Shown in pieces: positions 12,550 through 23,933 of a stretch of DNA of 64,000 bases. A program made the translations under genes and the position numbers. The stretch is from Azolla caroliniana (Eukaryota; Plantae; Polypodiophyta). Numbering within the stretch: the stretch's first letter is position 1; each line of letters opens with the position of its first letter. The notes beneath the pieces are model-generated. The model was given only the letters and a program-made list of their open reading frames with translations. It made no database searches and was not told the DNA's origin. The stretch covers positions 17,050,001-17,114,000 of the forward strand of contig JBHGNT010000006.1 of the NCBI GenBank assembly GCA_043228905.1, given 5' to 3'.

Positions 12550-15500
12550 TCCGTTTGAATAAACGAGTTTACCGGCATATCTCCCAAATACGGTTTAAGC
12601 CGGAATCCATTTACCCATTTCGGTAAAACCTCTCCGGTTAATGATCCCAGTTGATACGTACCATTTTTACTATTAATTATCCATACTGAACCTGTTCATC
12701 TATACCGGAGTTTCCCAGGCATAAGTCCCATTTTCGTCTGGAATACCAATACCGGTTTCCCAATTTCGAATTGCTCTTCCGATTTCCTTCGATGTCGATT
12801 TACGAATGCCTTGATTTGTCTCTGCTTGTGTTCTAGTGCTGACATTGATTGAATCCGTTCTTCTTCTAATACTAATAAAGCCTCTTTGCGTATCTGCTCC
12901 GATTCTATTTCATTTAACTTATTCGTCGCTTGGATATGAAGTGTCGGAATTTGAAATTCGATCGGCATAACGGCTTCAAGTCCGAATGCCATTCGGAAAG
13001 GTGTTGATTTAATGGATGTTTTGTACGAAGTACGATATGCCCATAATGCACTATTTAACTTTTGATCCCAATCAGTACGATTTTCATTCACTATCTTCTT
13101 TAAAATTGTTTGAATTGTTTTATTTGTCGATTCTGCCAATCCATTAGCTTGGGGATAGTAAGGCGTACTTTTCTTATGAACTACGGCATAATAATTAGTT
13201 AATTCATTAATTAACTTGTTAATAAAATGAGTGCCTTGATCGCTTACCAATTCTATTGGGCAACCGAATCGACACCATATATTTTCATACAGGAATTTTG
13301 CTGTGGATGCTGCTGTATTGTCTCTGAGAGCTTTTGCTTCAACCCATTTTGTGCAATAGTCAGTCGCAATTATGATATATCGATTACCGGTTCTTGCAGC
13401 TGCTGGTTTGAATGGGCCAACAAAATCTAAGCCCCATTTCTGAAATGGCTCAAGAGGTAAAACCAGTTGAAAAGGCATTCGATCCTTTTCGGTCGGTTGC
13501 CCCATTCTTTGACACAAATCGCATTTCTTACAGTATTCGTTAGCATCTTTCATCACCGTTGGCCACCATAACCCGCTATTCCATATTTTTCTGGCTGTTG
13601 CTTCTCCTGCGTAATGACCGCCAGCAATTCCACAATGTGACTCTATTAATATGGCTAATTTTTCAAATTTCCGTACTGCCCTTCGCCATATTCCATCCGC
13701 TCCTTTATGATACAACATGTCATTAAATAAACAAAAATTTCGATTTCGTACTGCAATTCTTTTTCTTTCATCTGTCGACATGTGTTCGGCCGGAATTCCT
13801 GTTGATAGAAATATCGTCATTTCGGAAATCCATTCATCCTCTTTTTCCTCATTCATTTCTTGTGCTTTTACTGTCTCAACCCGAAATAATTGAGTATCTG
13901 GAAAATCATCTTTCACACCAACCGCTTCTTCTCTAGATTCAAGCCGACTGAGGTAGTCAGCAATCGCGTGCTGTGCTCCTGGTCGATGTATAATGTCGAA
14001 TTCAAACTCTTGAAGCAATAACGTCCATCTGGCTAACTTGCTTGTCAATTCTTGTTCGGAAACTAGATACAGTAGAGCCGAATGATCCACATGAAATGTA
14101 AATTTCTTACCCAATAGGTAATGTCGAAATTTGTTGACACTATATATCATTCCCAAAGCTTCTCTTTTGGTTGTTGAATAGTTTCTTTCGGCCGACGAAA
14201 GTTTCCTACTGGCATAGTATACCGGCCTATACCAGTTTGGTTCGGATAATTGCATTAAAGCACTGCCTATGGCAATGTCCGACGCATCGACGAAAACATG
14301 AAATGGTTTGTTCCAGTCCGGTGGTTGAACTACCGGAACCTTTGTCAGCATCTTCTTGAGACATTCGTATGCATCTTGTTCTATACTTGTCCATATAAAA
14401 GGAACTTTGTGTACTGCTGTGTGTAACGGAATAGCAATGTCTGCTAGATATCTCATCATTCTACTGTGCCACCGAATTTGACCCAGAAATCTACTTAGAG
14501 CTTTAGCATTTGTTGGTGGTGTTGCCTCAATAATTGCTTTAACTTTGTCTGGGTCCACTGCAATCCCTTCTTGACTGACAATATGCCCAAGTAACATACC
14601 ACTCATTACTCCGAATGCGCATTTGGCTGGATTTAAGCTAAGACGCCCTTTTTGACATTTTTCTAAACATAGCCGTAAATGCTCAAAATGATCAGCTTTC
14701 CGACTATATACCGCAAAATCATCTTAAAACACCTACATGAAAGCTGGAATATATTCCCCGAATATTTCCTGTATTACCCGCTGAAATGTAGCTGGAGCTG
14801 TTTTTAAACCGAACATCATTACTACTGCCACAAAGACACCCCATTCTGTGACAAAAGCTGTCTTTTCCTGATCTTCCGGATTCATCCGTACTTGGTTGTA
14901 CCCACTGAACCCATCCAAGAAACTATAAATTTCATGTCCAGCTACTGCATCTAATATCCCATCTGTGAATGGCAACGGAAACGCATCCGTAATTGTCGCT
15001 GCATTCAATTTTCTGTAATCCACACATACGCGAATTTTCCCATTCTTTTTCGGGACTACTACTATCGGACTCAGCCATGTTGATTTTTTGACGGGTCAAA
15101 TAAATCCTACTTTTAAGAGTTTATCGATTTCTTCTTTTACTTTGATAGCATAATTCGGATTCAACCTGTACCTGCGTTGTTGTACTGGCTTTGCATCTTT
15201 ATGCAAATTGATTTGATGTTGACAAAAAGCGGGATCCAGACCTTTCATATCGTCAAACGACCATGCAAAAACATCTTTATATTGTAATAGTAATGTTGTT
15301 AATGTCCGTTTGTCATTTTCCGCCAAATCTCTAGCAATCAAGATTGTTTTTCTTTCACCATCCTCTACTCCTGCCAAATCGATCTCCTCCAATGCTGAGG
15401 CTTGCACTCTCTGCGATACCTTCATTTCCTTATCTGTAGCTTCTTGTTGCATTCGTATTTCTTTCATTGTTTGCTCATCTATTGGCACTTCTTCGTGTGA

Positions 15501-17523
15501 GTCTACATATGGTGTTAACGCTTGCAAAATATCTACCTCAAATAGAGGGATGATTTTCTGATTATCATTGAAATACTGACTTTCTTCTTCCTCGTCCAAT
15601 CCTTCCATCATATTAACTGCTTCTGCATGTACAGGTAAACTCTGTTTGCTTGTTGTCACTTTGTTGTGCGTCGGAATCCTGACCTTAGTTTTTCCTTTCC
15701 TAAATGTTAGCACATTTTGTTTCCAATTTTGTTTGATATTAGCTGTCTTTAACCATGGTCTCCCCAATAACAAGGGGTATGCTCCCTGTGTTTCTAACTG
15801 CAAAATTACTGCCGAAATCTGAAAACTGTGTCCCCCGATTATTACATCCAGTTGTCGAAGCAAACCAATCGGTCGTACCGTACTTGTATCTGCCATTCGT
15901 AACCAAAACGGACATGCTTCCCATTCCGTGATTCCTAGTTTTTCACATGTAGCTTTGTTAATCACATTAACTCCCGAGCCTCCATCTATAATCACATTTC
16001 CGATTTCTTGCCCGTAAAGTATTACCTTAATCGACGGATTCTGTTCATCCATGATCGAAGGGTTATTACTTGGCTGATTGTAGTGTACTGCTATTTGTTC
16101 GGAACCTTTATATGCAATTAATGCTGCCACTTTTTCTGTAAACCTTGGTACTAACTTAAGTAAGCCCATAAGTGGCAATGACACTTGGCAATCAGCTAAC
16201 AGTTTCCAAGTTTCTTCCTGTTCCTTATTCCCCAATGACTGTTGTACAGCGATGTTCTGGTCACTGTTATTGTCTTGTAACATTCGAGTCACATTACTTT
16301 GATTTGCTTCGTCAACCCATTCTTTTGCCGCCTTCCGAACTTCTTCCTGAATTTCCCACTCTGATTGTTTGCTTTTGCTGCGTGTCGTTACTTGCTGAAC
16401 TTCCGGTATTACCATATTAACTGCTGGACCCTTTCCTTTAACCGGACATTGATTAGTATAATGGCCTAGTTGTCGACAAATATAACAAGTGGGTACAAAT
16501 GTTCCACCGGTCTCTCCATGTGCAAATTGGCCGTTATTAAATTGCTGCTCTTCATTACCACTCGGGTTTTGTTGGTATTGACGTGTAGCTTTTGGTTTGT
16601 AAAATCTCTTATTTTTATACCGATTCTGCCTAAATTGTTCGGTATTATCATTTGGTTGTGCTACATTTTGTGTTATCCCGAACTCCTGATTTGGCGGAAA
16701 ATTATTCTGTTGAAACATTTGATTATTTTGTGGAACGGTTTGAGTATTATGTTGAAAGGTCATATTACCCGGTTGAAATGTAGAATTCGGTTCCACATTC
16801 GGACAGTTCTGTTGAAACCCTTGAAATGGTGGGTTACCTTGTTGGAAACTTTGATTATTTTGTTGAAAATATTGATTCGGATTTTGTACGAATGGTGGGT
16901 TGGATTGAGCAAAACCTGGTTGAAATGCTTGAGTCACTTGAGTGGGTTGCATATTTTGTTGTGAAAAGATCTGATTTGGCTGTAGAACCGGATTTTGTTG
17001 TACATTTTGCTGATTTTGTGAAAAATTATTATTTTGATAACCATTGAACAGATTAGTGTTATTTTGGTAACCATTGTCAGTAAAAATTTGTCGTACTGAC
17101 GCCGTAGTTTTATTAAGCAGATTATATTCACATTGTTCTACTGAATGTAATTTTGAATGACATATTGTACAATGTGTTCTTAACGTACATTCAATTGCCG
17201 AATGCCCCGTATTTAAACAAGTGGTGCATTGAACTGCTTGTCGAAATTGTAACTCCTCTATTGTTGGTAATGTGCGGTGTAATGCCGACATGTCCATACT
17301 CTGAACATTGACCGGTGGTCGACCCATTTCTATTGCTTTATCAATTACTTGTTCGATAGTCTGATTTCGAAAATCGAACACTTTCAATGTCGTCCTTAAT
17401 GGTTCTTTTACAGCTTCTAGAAAGACTTCTTTTAATTCATTATCCGGAATCGGCCTTGAAATCTGAAGCTATAAGTTCTGAAATCGTATCACAAACTGAG
17501 ATACTGTTTCATTTTTTTCTTGA
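12550..17523 (-). pseudogene. Element B gag-pol, main part (few stops)
   Basis: CCHC knuckles, IIDGGSG (PR), LDGFSGYNQ (RT), FVDASD (RH), WGLDFVGP..NGLAE (IN). Confidence 0.95.
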
Positions 17524-17933
17524 TGTTACCGGCCGGCAAGGAGTCCAAAATACGGAATTAATTAGATGGTTGTAAATGAGCATAGTGTGGACGGACGGAC
17601 TGGAAACGGTATGCCGTTCCAGATCCGGACGGATCCCGAATAGGTGCGAGAGACACCGTTTTGTACTACGGGCCGGAAACCTATTTAAAGGCCCGGACCC
17701 TATTGTAATGACAGCGGATAATTAATAGAGATTCTGATGTTTATACTTCTGTCTTGATTTTCGTTCTGTAATCACTGTTATATCTTACGCGTGTAATTAA
17801 CCAAAGCAATCTAATTGTGTAACCTACGTAAGTCGGTGTAATCGTTGAATCTTAATCCTATGCCGTAATCACCCTTTGGTGAAGTGTCTCCGTGACACCT
17901 TGTGTTAGGCCTTGTCCGGCTAAGCGAATAACA
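17524..17933 (+). repeat. 5' LTR of C
   Basis: TGTTA...TAACA; TATA-like CCTATTTAAAGG near 17681. Confidence 0.97.
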
Positions 17934-17939
17934 CAGTTT

Positions 17940-17949
17940 TGGCGACCAC
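17940..17949 (+). promoter_or_regulatory. Putative primer-binding site of C (TGGCGACCAC, tRNA-Arg-like)
   Basis: TGG motif 6 nt after the 5' LTR. The tRNA assignment is from memory of plant tRNA-Arg(UCG) 3' ends. Confidence 0.6.
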
Positions 17950-17984
17950 GATTCCTGCTTCCTCGCAGCGAACGACGGTAATGG

Positions 17985-20900
17985 ATGACTAGACCAACGC
18001 ACGACTTGGGTACAGACCGAGCTCGACGCCTCGCCGAACGGCAAAGACGGCGTGAGACTTTCCAGCAAGCAGCGCAGGAAATTCGCTCGGATCGTTCGTT
18101 CTCCAACGAGATCCGGAGAGTCGCGGAGGAATCTCTCCGGTTACGGCAAACTCGCGACCAGGAAAACGGCAGCAGTCTAAGTAGTCTCCGGGAAACCGAA
18201 CGACTCCTGGAGGCGCTGGCAAGCGGAGAAAACGAGGCAGAAGCCTTTTCAGCCTACGAATCAGATTCCGAAGGGGGATACAGCGTGCACACGAACTACC
18301 GGAGCAGCAACGATACCCCCGGCGGCCCGGAAGACGACGGATCGGATACCGTGCCGACTCCAGAACCGGAACCGCGCAACCAGGGCTATCCGGAACCGCA
18401 AACGGAAGCCGTCAACCCACCAACACCGGAAGTGGAAGAAGCAAAGCCACCAACACCAACGAACTTCCCGGCAAAGGTACCGGAAGAAGAGCCGGAAAAA
18501 GAACCGGAAAAAGGACCGGCAAAAGAACCGGAAGTGAAACCGGAGAAAGAACCGGAAAGATATCAACAAACGCCACTAAACCGCTGCTTAATACTGGACG
18601 ACGACATGCCGTTCCAATACTCAAAGTACCGCGATGATCCGGATGCGGAAGCACATGTGGATGACTTCGAGCAGACATAGGAAGCAAATCACACGTCCCA
18701 GCGAATGACACCGGAGGAAGAAGAACGCTCGAAGATAGCGGAATTCGGAGTCACGTTGGAGGGACCAGCGACACGATGGCGGCGATCGCAGGACCCGACG
18801 ACCATCACAACATTTGCAGAATTAAAAGCAAAATTCTTGCATTTTTTCCACAAGGAGGTCGACCAGACGACAATGGTGGGGCTGTTTTATACGATCCGGC
18901 AGGAGGCAGGGGAAAGCATTCCCCAATTCGTCATCCGTTTCCAACGAATGCATAGCCAGCTTGCCCGTGCACCCCCGGAGGAGGAATTACGGACGATATT
19001 TTTAAACGCACTCCGGGAACCGTTACGCACGGTGTGTACGGTAATCGACTTTCGAGGATGCACCATCGACCAGGTCATTGACCGGGTCAGAGAAATGGAA
19101 AAGACAAGCTCATGGCTTACGCTGGGAACACTGCAACGGGCATTACCCACCGAGGAAGATCTCCGGTTCCGGCAGGCAATTCAATGCACAATCTGCTTGA
19201 ATGCCGGACACTCGGCAGTAGAGTGCACCATGCGCACTCAATGTGTGATTTGTCAATCCAAGAGTCATACAACGGACCAGTGCGAGTACAACCTGTTAAA
19301 TCGACAAGCACCACCCGTCCGACGGATCGAGCCAAGAAGCAGCCGAGACGAAGATGACGATCGTTGGCAAAGAGGGAACCGGTACCCACCGGCACAAGAT
19401 GTCCGGTACGGAGACAGGCAAGAGAATGATGGCCGGTACGGGAATCGGCGTGATAACTACGACCGGTATGAGCGATCGGACCGTTATCGGGAGCCCAACA
19501 GGCGACATGAGCAATACGATAGAGACCATTCCCCTGGTTACCGAAGGCACCAGGAGGACTACGGCCGATGTTACGATCCACCACGGCCGGACTACCGAAA
19601 TAAACATAAGAATAATAAGAAACGAAACTTCAAGAAAGGTGGTCACCCTAGGGACCCGGAACATGGAATCCCAAGGAGCCAACCGGCACAGAACGCACCA
19701 CTCGCTACGGGACCAACTCCGGCTACCAGCAATGCTGAATCCAGCGATACCCGTAAAGAGTACTGCTACTACTGCAGGCAGGAAGGCCACTACAGTAACC
19801 AGTGCCCGGTAAAGAGCTACGAGAAACGACCAGCAGTTAATATGGTGGTTCCGGAAGTGACGGATGTACAGCAAGTAACCACACGGTCGAAAGGCATGGC
19901 CAAAGAGTGGGAAACACAAGAGGCCATACGAAGGCAGGCGACAGAATGGGTGAAGGAAGCCAATGAAAAGAACGTCGCGGACGCGGAACGGCAAAAGGCA
20001 AATACCATAGGGAGTGCCGGCGGTAGCCACCCAGAAAACGAGACATGGCAAGCACTGCAAGAATGTCAGATCACGTTGCCGTTAGGAAGACTCTTGCAGC
20101 TCGTGCCGCGATTTACGGAAGGGCTAAAAACGGGCATGACAGACGGCATAGCCCCACCAGCACCAGTCCTCTTCTCGAACCCGGAAGAGGGACCGACGGT
20201 AGTGGACACTAGCAGTCCGGTGATTACAACTATTGTCAAAGGGCACGAACTTCCCGGCACAGTAATCGATGGAGGTTCCGGGGTGAACGTAATAAGCCTC
20301 CGTACGTGTGATGCCTTGGGTATACATGAATGGGAGCCATGCCCGTTCTGGCTACGGATGGCGGATACGAGCTCGGTACGGCCGACGGGCTTAATACGGA
20401 AATTGGAAGTCACCATAGGAGGCCACACATTTCACATCTCGGCTGTAGTGCTGCAGCTACAGGCGCAAGGCGCGTACCCACTGTTGCTGGGCAGACCATG
20501 GTTGAAAACTGCACACATCAAGCAAAATTGGCGGAAAAACATGATCACCTTCCGGCGCGGAAAAGCCAAGGTCCGGGTTCCGACACAACCACGGACGAGC
20601 AACGGTAAGGAATGCACACCGCTGTACGCGGAATGTGTGAACATGCTTGAAGGATTGGCGGACGACGAAGAAGCCCAGTACTTGGAGGAACATCCGAAGA
20701 TCGTACCACTCTTCGAGATCGACATAGCTGAAGCCGTAGCCGCATACTTGCCGCAGCGGGACGACACCGAAGCCGAACCAGACAAAGATGCGATTCGGGA
20801 ATTACGGCAAGCACAGGAAGCGTTGGAACGGGAAATGGCCGTTTCCCAACGGGTAAAAGCATCCCAGCTCGACGAAGTGAACCTAGGAAGCAAGGACGAA

Positions 20901-23849
20901 TCAAAGCCGGTTCACATCGCCAAAGAAATGAAGCCGGAAGATAAAACGGCAATGATCAAACTTCTCACGGAGTTTCGCGACGTATTCGCCTGGTCATACG
21001 AGGACATGCGAGGGCTGGACCCTCAATTATATCAGCATCAGATCCACTTAGGCAAGGACGCGAAACCAGTGGCGCAAAGACGATACCGAATGAACCCCAA
21101 CTACGCCGCCAAGGTAAAAGAGGAAATCGACAAACTCCTAAGAGTGGGCTTCATCCGGCCGGTAAAGAAAGCGACGTGGCTGAGCCCCATCGTCGTCGTC
21201 CCCAAGAAGAACGGTAAAATCCGTGTGTGTGTAGATTACAGGAAACTAAATGCCGCCACAATTACGGATGCATTCCCTCTTCCGTTCACGGATGGAGTAC
21301 TGGATGCCGTCGCCGGTCATGAAGTTTATAGCTTTCTAGACGGGTTCAGCGGGTACAATCAAATCCGGATGCACCCGGAAGACCAGGAGAAGACAGCGTT
21401 CGTCACCGAATGGGAAGTGTTTGTGGCTGAAGTGATGATGTTCGGCCTAAAAACGGCACCAGCAACTTTCCAGCGAATCATCATGGAGATCTTCGGAGAA
21501 TACATCCCGGCCTTCATGCAAGTTTTCCTGGATGATTTTGCAGTTTATAGCCGGGGTAAAGACCATTTGCAGCACCTACGGTTATGCCTGGAAAAGTGTA
21601 GGTTGTACCGGCTAAGCTTAAACCCAGCGAAATGCATCTTTGGAGTCTCAAGTGGAATATTGCTGGGACACATTGTCAGTAAGGAGGGCATTGCGGTCGA
21701 CCCGGACAAAGTAAACGCCATACTAGGGGCACCGGCACCGAAAACAGCCAAAGCACTAAGCCGATTCTTAGGACAGATCCGGTGGCACAGCCGGATGCTC
21801 CGTCACTTGGCTGATTTGGCTACACCATTACACACCGCGGTACATCGGACACCGTTCCGATGGACGGATACGGAGGATAAGGCATACAATGCCCTGAAGG
21901 TACTTTTATCGCAAGCACCCGTCGTGCAGCCTCCGGATTGGAGCAAGGAATTTCATGTGTTCGTGGACGCGTCCGACATCGCTATTGGCAGCGCCTTAAT
22001 GCAGCTTACGGAGCCCAAATGGTACCGGCCGGTATATTACGCCAGCCGGAAGCTGTCCCAAGCGGAAAAGAACTATTCAACGACAGAACGGGAGGCTCTC
22101 GGCATGATCTACAGTGTCACAAAGTTTCGGCACTACCTATTGGGAAGGAAGTTCTCCTTTCATGTGGATCACTCGGCGCTGCTGTACTTAGTGTCCAAGG
22201 CGTCGCTAACCGGTAAGTTGGCTCGTTGGACCTTGCTGTTGCAGGAGTTCGAATTCGAGATTTTCCACCGTCCCGGTATCCAGCATGCCGTAGCAGACTA
22301 CCTGAGCCGGTTAGAGTCCGGAGAACCAGGCGACGGAGTAGCGGATGAATTCCCGGACGCGGAGTTATTCCGTATCACCCCGGAAACGGCAGCGGACGAC
22401 ACGGTGGCATCAGAAGATAAATGGCTGACAAACATGCACCAGTTCCTAAGCACGGGCCTGCCACCGGAGGAAATGAACCGGGACGAGAGGAAACGACTGG
22501 CGGTGCAGAGCCGCAATTTCTGTCTGTTACGGGACACTCTCTACCACAAAGGAGCAGATGGAATATGGAGACGGGCAGTCCGTAGTGACGAGAAAGAAGT
22601 AATCTTACGGGAAGCACACTGTGGGGTTGCCGGAGGACACTATGCCGGGGAAGCGACGGCAAGAAAGGTATGGCAGAGCGGCTTATGGTGGCCCACGACG
22701 CTAAAAGATGCCGTCAGGTATGCTAAGGAATGTGACCTATGCCAACGAATGGGCCAGCCAACGGAGCAAGCACGGATGCCACACCAACCGGTACTTCCAC
22801 TAGAGCCATTCCAGAAGTGGGGATTGGATTTTGTCGGACCGTTCAAGCCACCGGCAATGAGAACGGGTAATCGTTATGTCATCGTGGCAACGGATTATTG
22901 CACGAAATGGGTGGAAGCTAAGGCCCTGAGAGACAACACCGCGTCATCTACAGCAAAATTCCTGTACGAGAACATTTGGTGCCGATATGGATGTCCGATT
23001 GAACTGATCAGCGACCAAGGAGGGCATTTCCTCGGCCAGGTAGTGGAAAGTTTAACAACGTTCTATGCCGTGGTCCATAAACGAAGCACACCGTATTACC
23101 CACAGGCGAACGGGTTAGCAGAGTCCACCAACAAAACGCTGCAGAACATTCTCCGCAAAATTGTCAATGAAAACCGGACGGACTGGGACACAAAGCTCCA
23201 TAGTGCGCTATGGGCGTACAGAACGGCATACAAAACGAGCATCCGGACAACGCCGTTCCGGTTAGCATTCGGCTTAGAAGCGGTCATGCCGGTCGAGTTT
23301 CAGGTACCAAGCTTACGGATCCAACTACGGGAACGGCTGAATGAAAAGAAGTCGGAGGAAATACGGCTAGCAGCACTATGCGAACTGGAGGAGCAACGGC
23401 TGGCCAGCATCCTCCACATGGAACTGGAGCAACGACGACGGAAAGCGTTCGTTGACCGTCACCGGAAAGGTAACGAAAAGATGTTCGAAATCGGAAAGCC
23501 GGTGCTAGTATTCCAAACGAGGATGGGCAAGATGCCGGGTAAACTCCGGTTCAGATGGACAGGCCCGTATTGGCTGACACGGGAATACAACGGGTCCTAT
23601 CAGATAGGGACACTTGCCGGGGAAGTACTAGGCAAGTGGGTGAATGGATTTCGACTAAAGCCCTATAAAGGACCGATGCCAAAGAACCCGTTTATGCAGC
23701 TCACCGGCACTACACCAGGAACCTGTCCGGGATCGGTACGGATTGATCCGGAAGAAAAGGACGACGGGGAACCCGTAGTAAATACGAAGGAAGACACGGC
23801 AACCCGTAAGGAAAACGGTCAGGGTCCGGAGGGACCTACGGATGTGTAA
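17985..23849 (+). CDS. Element C Gag-Pol polyprotein; single in-frame TAG at 18678-18680
   Basis: ORFs of 231 aa and 1714 aa are in frame. FEQT*EANH aligns to B FLTTWEINH (TGG>TAG). PR VIDGGSG, RT FLDD, RH, IN HHCC and DDE all intact. Confidence 0.95.
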
Positions 23850-23862
23850 GGTCACACACCGT

Positions 23863-23904
<42 letters not shown>

Positions 23905-23933
23905 AATCATTAAAAATCGAGGTATGAACGGGT

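Noticed and set aside
18678-18680. Programmed stop-codon readthrough in C gag
   Set aside because: The TAG aligns to Trp (TGG) within B gag, so a point mutation is the simpler explanation.
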